From Eledone cirrhosa (taxonomy: Eukaryota), in contig CAXHJY010001589.1 in assembly GCA_964016885.1 (NCBI GenBank), positions 6,862-70,861 on the forward strand: DNA of 64,000 nucleotides. The letters are read 5' to 3'. Positions within the stretch are counted from its first letter, which is position 1, and every line of letters starts with the position of its first letter. This document shows positions 34,103 through 47,564 of this stretch, in pieces. The notes beneath the pieces were generated by a model. It was not told where the DNA came from. It saw only the letters and a program-made list of their open reading frames with translations, and made no database searches. Position numbers and translations under genes: made by a program.

Positions 34103-37100
34103 ATGACCCTCCCAAAGTATAACAATATCGGTTTCAACACACGATTTCAGATAAAGAATCTTGCTAAACAAATTCAGAAACGAAATATCGTAAGCCTTAG
34201 CCAGGCTAACAAGATACTGAAAACCACCATGTTCTGTTGTTTACGAAAAACCATAACATCTCGACAACTATACTTCATAAAGCAGTGTGCCTCGTCCAGA
34301 ATCTACACCAACACCATCAATACCGACGTTAGAAGATTACAACTCACCAAAAAACAAGCAGATAGGCTAAAACGAACATTAATTCTAAACATAAAAAAGA
34401 AGATCTATAGAGAATTAAGTCATCAAGAAAAACAAAAGCGTAACCTAATACAAGAAATAGCTAGGATCACCACACCAAGAGAGAAACTAATATTTATAAG
34501 CCTTATACGCCCTGAAGAACAGTACATTACTCAAGAATGTGATAAGCACTTTAAGAGGAAACTAAAGTGGCTTAAACAGGCAAAGCTAAATCAGGATACT
34601 ATAGAGTATACCAATAGATATCCCGACAAAATTGACGGTATCAACATGGCCGACACCTCATTATCAGAAGAGTTCAACAACAAAAACACCAACATATATG
34701 GGAACGCAAAAATACATAATGATGAAATGTCTGTGTTATGTTTGCCGCCGAAATTTGAGACATTCAAGAAGGTAAATATGATTAGTTGTCTGTCAGAAAT
34801 AGAAAATTCATTTACAAAACTACGCTGGAGCATCAAAAACAAAAGCAACAATATACGCACACACATATACAACACACATCCCAACAACAACAGACACACA
34901 GACACAAACAACAATAACAACAACACACACATCAACAACAACAATAACAACATACCCAGAAACAACAACAACAGACACGCAGACACAAACAACAATAACA
35001 ACACACACAACAACGATAACACACACGGAGACAACAACAACACACATCAACAACAGCACACATCAACAACAACAACACACACGCATTCAATGCCTCTCAC
35101 CACCACCACAATCTTAACAAACACACAGACACAGAAAACAAGTAATGACAGTAGCACAGAAATCACAGAAATAAGGGAAAATAATAGGATTAAAAGGAGA
35201 AGGGAGACTAAGGACAAAGAGAATAACCAAGACGAACACACAGACACACAAAATAGGGTAGATAACAACATTGAGCCAGTGGAAAGAGACAGGAGTAATT
35301 ATGAGAGACATAGAAACAACCATGATGCTGTTGGTGGAAATAGAAATAGAAACAACACAACTAACAATAACAATAGCACTAGTACACATAAAGCAGCAGC
35401 CTGGAACTCTCCGTTTATAATCCCTCCGATATATCATTCGACCTGCGACGAGTCCACGCCACGACTTTACCATTTAACAAACGCACGCAGTTGCCGTCGC
35501 AGGTCGATGAACAAACAGAAGCACAATTTAGTATAGCTAGATCCGAACTTAGAAATATTATAGAACAGTATAGCAAGAAGCATAATAGAATGGAGGCCCA
35601 GCAACAGGGAGAAAAATCTGCAAATGGCTTGCGTAAGCTCATACAGCGCTCACGTAATGGAGAGATAGCATGCTTTCCAACAGACAAGTCTGGCAGAATG
35701 TCGGTTGACAGCCTGCCAAACTACATCCAGGCAATGCAACCCCACATCACTAACACAAGAGAGGTAACACCACAGGAGCATGAGGATAGAGAAAAAGCCC
35801 TCAATGCCCATATGGTGATGTGGACGAATATAATGCAGCCCAACAAAAGGACTGCCAACAACTTCCAGGCCTAGAACAATGACGTGCCGGCGTTGTATGG
35901 GCTTCGAAAAGACCATAAAACGGGCTGTGACCCTGTCGCGGGACCACCAGCACGGCCAATCTGTGGAGCTAACATTGCTAGTAACTACAGACTGTCCTAT
36001 TTCCTCTCCCTGATTCATACGCCCCATCATTGAGATGTCCCCAGATGTATGTGACAGCACGGAGGACCTCCTCAGCAGAATCGGCGTGAGTAACCGATCT
36101 GGGGACCTAACAAACTGCATAATAGGCAGTATGGATGTTGTGTCCCTGTATCCATCTATTGACGTGGATTTTGCTGTGGAGAAATGCGTAGAAATGATCA
36201 GCGAGAGCAAGGTTGAGTTCGGTGGGATTGATACCAGTGAGCTGGGACTTCTACTTAAGCTTACCCATAGTAATAGTTACCTAGACACATATGACCTTAG
36301 CAACCTGTGCCCTACAAGACCAGCAAGAGGCAGACCACCTACCATTACCTCAACGGCCAAGGAAACCCACACAGAAAGATGGAAGGGGTTTACCAGAGCC
36401 ATACGGACACCCGAAAACCACGATGAACTGAAGAAAATGATTGCACATGCGGTAGGGGCCAGCATAAAATTAACCCTTAAGGAACATATGTTCAAATTTA
36501 ATGGAAAAACATATGCCCAAGAGGAAGGAGCAGCCATTGGTGTTAGCATTGCAGGCGACATAGCTAACTTATTCATGGTATGGTGGGACAGTAGACTTAA
36601 ACTTAAACTTAAAGAACAATTAGAAGACAGCTTAACCCTGATAATGTACTCCCGCTACGTAGATGATATAAACATCGTAATTAAGACACCCCCACTAGAG
36701 AACAGTCAGGAACTAGAGAAAAACACAATGGAAAGCATCCAGCAAATAGCAAACTCCATCCACCAGAGCATTAGAGTTACTATAGACTACCCAAGTAGAC
36801 ATCCCAACCATCGATTACCTGTACTAGACACAGAGCTCTGGTTAGATACGATTAATAACCAAAAACAAATCCTCCATTTCCATTATGCCAAACCCATGAC
36901 TTCCAAACATCTGATCCACCGAAACTCGGCCATTTCGGACCATACCAAAATCAACATACTGATTGCGGATTTGGTACGGGTGATGAGAAATGTGTCCCGC
37001 ATGTGCAACCCCGAAGAACTAGAGAGACACATACAACACTTCATCCACCTCCACCGTATGCAGTTCTCTGGCTACAATCAGAGAGATAGAATCAGATTGT

Positions 37101-37840
37101 ATAGAGGAGCCAGAACCAAATGGGAAAAAATGGTAAATAATGACATAAATGGGACCTGCCCCTTGTATAGGAGCAAATTTTGGAATAGAATAGAAAGAAC
37201 TAGGAACAAGGCCAATAGAATAAACTCATGGTATGATAGCAATAAATACCAGAGTGTAATGTTCATCGATATAACCCCTAGAGGCGAACTAGCCTACAAA
37301 TTTAGAAGGGCCCTAAATAAACATAAACTCAATATTAAGATAGTAGAAAGACCAGGTACCTCCGTAAAAACACTTATTAGCAAGACATACCCGTTCCAAA
37401 GACCCTCATGTATAGATAAGAAATGTATAACCTGTAACATAAGCCCCCATATTAACTGTAAAACTGGAAATGTAATGTATAGCATAAGATGTACTGAAGG
37501 ACAATGTAGAAACAAAAATATAGTGTACATAGGTGAGACAGCTCGTAGTATAGGGGATCGGATAAATGAACACTGGCGACACCTTCAACATAATAAAGAA
37601 TCATCTGTACTCTACCAACATGCTAAGATAGAACACAAGGGTAAATTAGAGAACATAGAAATAAAAATAGAATCTACACACAGAAAAGATGCAATGTTTA
37701 GACAAATTACAGAGGCAATAAACATAAAAGAATTACAACCAAAATTAAATAGGAAAAATGATGGAACAGCAACATCACAACTTAAAATTAAGGACAAAAT
37801 GAAAACACACACACACATAAAACAAACAACCAACCAATAA
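34103..37840 (+). pseudogene. PLE RT-GIY-YIG ORF, unit 2, disrupted
   Basis: ATG 34103 (MTLPKYNNI); frameshift ~35415, TAG 35872-35874, frameshift ~36016; intact YVDD and GIY-YIG in 36035-37840. Confidence 0.9.
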
Positions 37841-37991
37841 CATGTAAATAAACAAATAAATAAATGAACATAAACACAGACAGACACCCGGATGTGGCGC
37901 ATGCGCAGACTGTGCACACAACACACACACAGAAACAAAGTGGCGTAGGACAGAAGAAAGGAAAGGCACAGAAACAAAGAAATGAATCCCC

Positions 37992-38036
37992 AGTCACTGA
38001 AGAGGTCACAGAGTGTGTGACGAAAGGACTATGACT
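37992..38036 (+). ncRNA. Minimal type I hammerhead ribozyme (PLE pLTR)
   Basis: Identical to 33918-33962. Confidence 0.82.
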
Positions 38037-38298
38037 ATATTTAAACAACTATCTGGTTGTGGAACCAACCAACCAACCAGAAATTTATAAATTTGTAGAT
38101 TTGTAAATTTATAAATTTATAAATATATAATAAATTGAAGTGAAGGCATGGGGTGCGTGTGTTTCTTATTGGCAACATGACCCTCCCAAAGTATAACAAC
38201 ATCGGTTTCAACACACGATTTCAGATAAAGAATCTTGCTAAATAAATTAAGAAACGAAATATATATATATGCATATATATATATATATATGTATATGC

Positions 38299-38328
<30 letters not shown>

Positions 38329-38329
<1 letters not shown>

Positions 38330-40016
38330 ATATATTTAGAAACACACAGATACATGCGGACACACACATATACATGAATGCATCCGCACCCAACCATGAG
38401 TTAAGGGTGCCAACTTCACCGATGTTGCTCAATGAATGACTGGGACAGACCAATCCGGTTGAACCAGACTGAACCAGTATCAGAGTTAAAAATACATTAT
38501 GAAGAGAGAAGAAACATTTAGATATAATTAGTAATAAAATGTATCATACCTAAACTGCTCCTAGATTCCTCGACTACGTAGTTTCGTGGCATAAACAAAA
38601 ACAATATATCATAAAGATATAGAGTCCTTGCGAGGTCTGCCGACTTATCAAGAGGATACCTCATTTTACTAGTCTCAAGAACGCGTCTCCACAACGTGAG
38701 AAAGAATCCCAAAAGGCGGAGGGGGAGATAGTCACGCGATATAACGGTCGAGAAACAGAGCTAAGCCTCTTATAACCCCGAAGAAAATACCACGGAGGCG
38801 GAGGGGGTATTTATATCGAAGCCGTAGAAGAGGTGGTGAAGGAGGCGAGAAGTATGAGTAATGAAAGCTTTCCAGCAGTCCCCACACTTCAAAGATTGCT
38901 CGACCAGAGGGAGTTATTAACAATATATTTAGAAACACACAGATACATGCGGACACACACATATACATGAATGCATCCGCACCCAACCATGAGTTAAGGG
39001 TGCCAACTTCACCGATGTTGCTCAATGAATGACTGGGACAGACCAATCCGGTTGAACCAGACTGAACCAGTATCAGAGTTAAAAATACATTATGAAGAGA
39101 GAAGAAACATTTAGATATAATTAGTAATAAAATGTATCATACCTAAACTGCTCCTAGATTCCTCGACTACGTAGTTTCGTGGCATAAACAAAAACAATAT
39201 ATCATAAAGATATAGAGTCCTCGCGAGGTCTGCCGACTTATCAAGAGGATACCTCATTTTACTAGTCTCAAGAACGCGTCTCCACAACGTGAGAAAGAAT
39301 CCCAAAAGGCGGAGGGGGAGATAGTCACGCGATATAACGGTCGAGAAACAGCGCTAAGCTTCTTATAACCCCGAAGAAAATACCACGGAGGCGGAGGGGG
39401 TATTTATATCGAAGCCGTAGAAGAGGTGGTGAAGGAGGCGAGAAGTATGAGTAATGAAAGCTTTCCAGCAGTCCCCACACTTCAAAGATTGCTCGACCAG
39501 AGGGAGTTATTAACAATATATTTAGAAACACACAGATACATGCGGACACACACATATACATGAATGCATCCGCACCCAACCATGAGTTAAGGGTGCCAAC
39601 TTCACCGATGTTGCTCAATGAATGACTGGGACAGACCAATCCGGTTGAACCAGACTGAACCAGTATCAGAGTTAAAAATACATTATGAAGAGAGAAGAAA
39701 CATTTAGATATAATTAGTAATAAAATGTATCATACCTAAACTTAGGCTTAGCTCTGTTTCTCGACCGTTATATCGCGTGACTATCTCCCCCTCCGCCTTT
39801 TGGGATTCTTTCTCACGTTGTGGAGACGCGTTCTTGAGACTAGTAAAATGAGGTATCCTCTTGATAAGTCGGCAGACCTCGCAAGGACTCTATATCTTTA
39901 TGATATATTGTTTTTGTTTATGCCACGAAACTACGTAGTCGAGGAATCTAGGAGCAGTTTAGGTATGATACATTTTATTACTAATTATATCTAAATGTTT
40001 CTTCTCTCTTCATAAT

Positions 40017-40020
<4 letters not shown>
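38329..40020. mobile_element. Retrozyme-like family C: ~2.4 tandem 593-bp monomers (38329-39742) fused to an inverted arm (39744-40020)
   Basis: Units start 38329, 38922, 39515; variant HHRs at 38567-38656 (-), 39160-39249 (-), 39856-39945 (+); flanked by (TA)n. Confidence 0.82.
39856..39945 (+). ncRNA. Type I hammerhead variant with U3-A8 core and ~60 nt domain II
   Basis: TCCTC-TTGATAA-GTCGGCA...TGCCAC-GAAA-CTACGTAG-TC-GAGGA; GUC cleavage triplet, palindromic stem III. Confidence 0.75.
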
Positions 40021-40054
<34 letters not shown>

Positions 40055-40089
40055 GTATATATCTATATATATATATGTATATATATATG

Positions 40090-40120
<31 letters not shown>

Positions 40121-40385
40121 GTATATATACGTATATGTATATATGTATGTATATATATATGTATATATATATGTATATATATATGTATATATATATGTAT
40201 ATATATATGTATATATTTATATATATATGTATATATATATGTATATATATATGTATATATATGTATATATATATGTATATATATGTATATGTATATATAT
40301 ATATGTGTATGTATATATATATATATGTATATGTATATATATGTATATGTATATGTATATATATATGTATATATATATGTATATG

Positions 40386-40418
<33 letters not shown>

Positions 40419-40422
40419 GTAT

Positions 40423-40470
<48 letters not shown>

Positions 40471-40623
40471 GTATGTATATATATATATATGTATGTATAT
40501 ATATATATATGTATATATATATATGTATGTATATATATATATATGTATATATATATATGTATGTATATATATATATATGTATGTATATGTATATGTATGT
40601 ATATATATATATATATGTATATA
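40021..40623. repeat. Imperfect (TA)n/(TATG)n tract
   Basis: Directly visible. Confidence 0.97.
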
Positions 40624-40720
40624 GATTTTGAGTTTATGTTGGTTGTATACCAACACCTCAGTATGCAGGCTGGAGCACTCGACGAAGTGCGCAGGTTGGT
40701 TTGGTTACCCCGGAGTAGTG

Positions 40721-41030
40721 TAAAATAAAGTTAAATAAAAGTCAAATGATTAAAATTTAGCTTCGTTTATTACTGCTATATATATTTCAGTGACAGCCAT
40801 CTTTGTCATATGACTCCAGTTCCCCAGTGAATTAACAACCCAGCAAGGAACTGGGCATATCAGAGTATTGACAATATCATACACCTAAACAACATATGTA
40901 CTTGTCTATACCATACTAATTCAAACTGCCTGAAGAGGTCACAGCCAAAGATGGCTGTCACTGAAATATATATAGCAGTAATAAACGAAGCTAAATTTTA
41001 ATCATTTGACTTTTATTTAACTTTATTTTA
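40721..41030 (+). mobile_element. Short PLE/retrozyme 3' end (family D) with an 85-bp inverted 5' arm and an HHR
   Basis: 40721-40805 is the reverse complement of 40946-41030; HHR at 40925-40979. Confidence 0.75.
40925..40979 (+). ncRNA. Type I hammerhead ribozyme
   Basis: ACTGC-CTGAAGA-GGTCACAGCC-AAAGAT-GGCTGTCACT-GAAA-TATATA-TA-GCAGT. Confidence 0.82.
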
Positions 41031-41036
41031 TATATG

Positions 41037-41090
<54 letters not shown>

Positions 41091-41188
41091 TATGTATATA
41101 TATATATGTATATATGTATATATATATGTATGTATATATATATGTATGTATGTATATATATATGTATATATATATATGTATATATACA

Positions 41189-41798
41189 TGTCAGGTCACC
41201 AGTTGGTGCTACTGGTAACATGTATCCCAGTACAACCTGTCTCATGGTCGGATCGTTGGCGACTAAACTGGCAACCCCACCAATGTTTCTTGGTGAGGAG
41301 GGTGACTTTGGACATCCTGCAGGACTAAAAACAAAACCTGTCAAAGGGCAAAGGGGCTTTTAAGAGTCAATGGCCATCCAAAATCACCGGGAGAGATGAC
41401 CCCTTAGCCTTTGTCAAGGCAGAATTCTAGGAGAAGGAAAACTCTGATATAACACCAGCAACCTTGATGGTATCCAATGATGTTGACTTGTTCTACTTTT
41501 TGGTATATATCATCTTGGTTAAGAGAGTGGGACTGGCTTTGTGCAGTGCCTTTGCTGACTATAAAAGCTTCACGGCACAGACATTGCTTTATATCTGGAG
41601 ATCTCTCTGCACTTGTCGTCACATGGTACCATTGTCCCAGCACTATGTGTCAATAATTGTCACAAGTGTAGTGTTTGTACCAGAGTTTTCAAGTCGCTGG
41701 CTGGACTAAAATGTCACACTCGTTCAGTGCATCGGTAGGGGTTCTCCTACATGGATATAAAGTAGTGGCCGTACTCGAAAACGAGTTGGCAGCCACCA
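41189..41798 (+). mobile_element. Non-coding interspersed element with 3' stem-loop (non-autonomous LINE derivative/SINE-like); 40624-40720 may be its displaced 5' end
   Basis: Second diverged, 5'-truncated copy at 57448-57944 with an identical 3' end (TGGCCGTACTCGAAAACGAGTTGGCAGCCACCA) into (TA)n. Confidence 0.65.
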
Positions 41799-41834
41799 TA
41801 TTTATATATATATATGTATATATATATATGTATG

Positions 41835-41869
<35 letters not shown>

Positions 41870-41870
41870 G

Positions 41871-41904
<34 letters not shown>

Positions 41905-42006
41905 TATGTATATATATATGTATATATATATATATATATGTATGTATATATACATATGTATATATATATGTATGTATATATATATATATGTATGTATATA
42001 TATATG

Positions 42007-42041
<35 letters not shown>

Positions 42042-42071
42042 GTATGTATATATATATATATATATGTATAT

Positions 42072-42654
42072 ATAATTAAGTTAAAAATGTACATCCACAT
42101 ATGTATACTGAAATACTAGTATGCATATGAATACACACACGTATACATATGTAGATGTACCGAGTTTTTCACTGGTCACTTTACTGTGAGTGTCCAGCTA
42201 TTCTGTATGTAAACACACAGACAAACCGGTTTTTAGAGTCATACTGGTTTTTGAGGAAACACCTTTCCTCTATTCTCCAGAAAGCCAGACAAGGAATATT
42301 GAACTAGTTTCGATGTTGTTACATCTCATCAGCAATATTTACCTATCTTCCGGCCTCTCTAGAGAATCGTAAAAGCACATATCGTTATATGCTTTTTCTA
42401 TGAAAATTAGTAGTGGGCAGACTAATTTGCATAGAGCGTGTTTACATACAGAATAGCTGGACACTCACAGTAAAGTGACCAGTGAAAAACTCGGTACATC
42501 TACATATGTATACGTGTGTGTATTCATATGCATACTAGTATTTCAGTATACATATGTGGATGTACATTTTTAACTTAATTGTTTAAGCGTCAGTCATACA
42601 AAAGTGAGTTACAAACGAAACGAAATTTAATTTCGTTTCGTTATTTGTTTTTAT
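42072..42654. mobile_element. Retrozyme-like family B variant: antisense arm (42072-42440, HHR 42295-42339 on minus) fused to a sense arm (42438-42654)
   Basis: Homologous to 23030-24044; inversion junction at GTG microhomology; (TA)n on both sides. Confidence 0.87.
42295..42339 (-). ncRNA. Minimal type I hammerhead ribozyme
   Basis: AATATTG-CTGATGA-GATGT-AACA-ACATC-GAAA-CTAG-TT-CAATATT; compensatory change in stem II versus 23145-23189. Confidence 0.92.
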
Positions 42655-43480
<826 letters not shown>

Positions 43481-45002
43481 ACGCTTTGGCGTACTTGTGT
43501 TTGCTATTCCTAATATTAGGTTTCCTTATGGACATGTTGTGCGAGATGATGTTGTAGCTATGTGTTTTCTTAGGTAGGAACTCAATTTCTATATTATGGC
43601 CGGATCTAGCTAATGCTTGATTATAATATTGTGAGTTTTTGCTAAATATGTTTGCGTCATAGGATAGATTAGAGATTCTATTGGATACCCCCTTAGAGAT
43701 AGAGTTTAATATTGATCTAGGGTGATTAGACTTGGTATCTACGTAAATGATTTTTTCGTTAGGCTTATGGAAAGGTGTATATATTTTTGAGTCTAGGTAT
43801 AGTGTGGAGTCTAGGAAGTTAACATTTTTAGTGTTTTTTGTGCATGGTGATACTAAGGTTAAAGTTTTTGAATGTCTTGTGCAATAGTTTTCTAGTTCTT
43901 TCTATATTTAATTTTCTATAAGTAGAAGTGCATCATCGCGGTACAAACCACCGTTGAGGTAAGGGAGGTCCTTATGGATTTCATTGAGAAGGTATAGGCC
44001 GACCAAATCAGTGACCTGCGCCGAGTCACTAGATCCCACGGTTATGTCGAAGTTGTTGTGTGTATCCTTGCGTGTTCATAGTTGGTCCTCGAAGGTGATT
44101 ATGGTTTTACGGGCCGCAAGGATGACATCAATCTGTGCTCTAGTCAGGTCGCTATTGTTCATGGCCATGATTAGTGCCTTATTTAATAGGATAGGGGAAA
44201 TAGAGGTGTAGTATTAATTGATATCAAATTGAATAAATTTTTTGTCCTTATTATTCTTGATATCTTTGAACCATTCAATAACTTCACCCGTATTTCCCAA
44301 TTGTTTAAGGTGTATCTTGTGTTTAATTTGTGGGATGATTTTATCTAAAATTTTCTTGCTGATAATACCAATGTCGGACTTGTAAGGGCAGATAAGTCTT
44401 ATCGAGGGGTTGCTGATGAAGTCCTTCTTATGATCCTTCAGAGAGAATCTAGGGGATTTTGGGGTGAATGGTTGTGTATGCCTCTGAAGTCCTAGTTTAG
44501 ACACTATATTATATCCCTCTATATTAATATCTTCTAAGTTTTTCAAGGTGGTCTTCTTGTAGCTTTTATGTAGTTCATTATATATAAACTTTCTATAAGT
44601 ATTATAATCTAGGCTGTATATGTTATTAGTTTTATCTGCGTGTACAATAATTTTATTACTAGTTTTGAATCCGTTAATAGAGGTGTTAAGTTTGTTTAAG
44701 AAGGTGCTGCTTCTATTATGGTGCTTATTGTATTTAATGTTCTTAACTAGTTTAACTAGATCATTTTCAAAGAAGTTAAGTAGTGTGTTATGAGGGGGGC
44801 TTTTAAAGGTTTTAAAGCCGAAGGAGTCAAATTTGTTAGTATTATTCACATTGTTAGATCTGTTTCTATCATAATGGAATGTCCTCCATCTCACTCTATT
44901 GATAAATGAATTTACACTGTTGATCAGCAATTTCTCATATGTATTCCTGGATGGTATTGGTATGTTCTTGGTTGACATGGGGAGTTGGTCTTTGATTAGC
45001 AT
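43481..45002 (-). pseudogene. Penelope-like RT ORF (SxKNIPxP N-terminus type), degenerate and 3'-truncated
   Basis: STKNIPIP, RVRW, FGFKT, ADKT, LKDHK, IRLICP, FIQFDI in 44214-45002; continues through stops to GLYRDD (~43932-43949), NFLD and SNHP. Confidence 0.88.
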
Positions 45003-46725
45003 ATTGGTAATATTATATGTCAGCTCAACAATATGGAGCAGTTAATAGTATTAATTATACTATTTATGGTTATGTAAATACGAAAACCTTTTGCAGTTAT
45101 ATATATTTTTATATACAAACCCTAAATAGTGGGAGGAAGTAATATATTACTACCTTATTACCAGTAAGTTAAGTAGCTCAATGTAAAAACATCAGATGAT
45201 TTACAGAGCAGTTATATGAAATATAAGAATCAAAGAACTGTTCAAAACATGTTTATGCTTACAACTGTTTCCTCCAAACCGAGGTTTGGATTCTTCGGAG
45301 CAATTTATTAATGAATGAACACTTATATGACCTCCTTTTCACCCAAGAGACATACAGATACATATGCAAATATTGTGGGTCAACATTCATTACAGCATTT
45401 AGAGTGGCAGTACACACTTAGAGATTACATTCATATTAAAAGATACAATCAAAAATACAGGTTAAAATACATGAAAATAAGCGGTTATATAGTGCAAAGC
45501 TTATGTGTGGCAAGCACGTGCGTCTGTTTCTATAGTGTGGCAGAGAGTTACGTGTAGTAGAAGCACTTAAGTAGATAAACAAGAGTGTTAGGTTGGTTGA
45601 TCTGGTGGCAAATTCTTTATATGATTGTTATAGTCTTTGTGTGGAGAAATAATATAAGCATTAAAATTAGTGCAAGAATTAAAAATATTGGAAATGCACA
45701 GCAAAGGGATGATATGGACTTCATGTACTTCGACATTTTCATAGTCTGGGGAGTGTATTTTTCAGATTATATGCCCCTCACATAATCCACGACAATTCGA
45801 TATTGAGCGTTTGACAATCCAGTTAGAGAATCGTAGTCTGATGTTCTTTAGTTCAATACAGAAGGATGTTACGTTTCGAGAATCGACATTGAAATACTAC
45901 CCGGAAGTGTGTGTGTGGCTAAGGGGAGTTAATGCATGAGGGGAGGTAACTCCGAGGTTTCTATTACTAACTATTGAAATGTGTCTCAAAATAGACCCTA
46001 ACTTCTATGGTTAAGCGCAATTTCTAAAAAATGTCTAAAGCTTAAAGTGTTTTAACTATAGAGTAGTCTATTAGGTAGTGCTGAAGGTGTTCGTATTATT
46101 ATGGTGAATTAACCCCCATCGTAGAGTGCCGCACATGAATATTATAGACGCCGCGCGAGGATTCAAAATTAATGATCTCTGTGGTTGTAGTCTACTCAAA
46201 GGACCAGGCGCGGTGATTGCAGAATCACTTCAACACACAATGATCTCTGGTAAGTTCTGGGTCATCGCTTGCTACATTGGATGTCGAAAGATAATCATCA
46301 CCAGGGCCGACCAGAGGTCAATCCGCAGTCCTCATGACCCCACCCTGACCATCAAATCATCCATATATGTACAACCCGCACGCCAGTTGCAATACATTCA
46401 TTCCCTGCACTCAGCGTACCGGTCATACTGCTCAACAGCGTTACTAGATTAATTCGTTTTTCATCTGTCCAACGAAGGCACTTCCTCCGCACAACACTAA
46501 CAAGACAATCAATTCATGCTTAAATTACCTATAGAGCGGTGTAGTGCATTTCAAGTGGGTGGATGTTGTCACACCTAAAGTAGAGGTGCAAATGGGTATT
46601 CGCCCTGCGAAGGGTTCTAGAGGGATATCGCTGTTTGTGTTATATTAGATCAGTTAGTGTTGGGTATGCGGTATAAGGTGTGCCCCTGGTGTTTGATGCT
46701 AGAGGTGGTGTATTTCATATATTTC
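45003..46725 (-). mobile_element. PLE pLTR and long non-coding region upstream of the RT ORF
   Basis: Contiguous with the RT ORF, contains an HHR, homologous to 984-1404 over 45047-45473; assignment of the distal part is inference. Confidence 0.55.
45256..45302 (-). ncRNA. Type I hammerhead ribozyme, CCGAAGA core variant
   Basis: TGCT-CCGAAGA-A-TCCAAACC-TC-GGTTTGGA-G-GAAA-CAGTTG-TA-AGCA. Confidence 0.68.
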
Positions 46726-47461
<736 letters not shown>

Positions 47462-47504
47462 ATTGTTATACTTTGGGAGGGTCATGTTGCCAATAAGAAA
47501 CGAA

Positions 47505-47508
<4 letters not shown>
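47462..47508. mobile_element. ~45-bp remnant of PLE family N2 made only of its two termini
   Basis: TTGTTATACTTTGGGAGGGTCATGTTGCCAATAAGAAAC (inverted arm) overlaps AAGAAACGAAATAT (3' end as at 38248-38262). Confidence 0.75.

Positions 47509-47562
<54 letters not shown>

Positions 47563-47564
<2 letters not shown>

Larger units (their letters stand above)
29724..38262 (+). mobile_element. Naiad-like PLE family N2: inverted 5' arm (29724-29898), two tandem ~4.08-kb units and a 3' tail
   Basis: Units start ~29900, ~33980, ~38054; HHRs at the unit ends; tail repeats the ORF start and ends GAAACGAAATAT into (TA)n. Tandem/pLTR/inversion architecture is typical of PLEs. Confidence 0.92.

Noticed and set aside
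46280-46365. C/D-box snoRNA suggested by GTGATGA/GGATGA on the minus strand
   Set aside because: No properly placed CTGA box D with a terminal stem found; kept only as a generic structured island.
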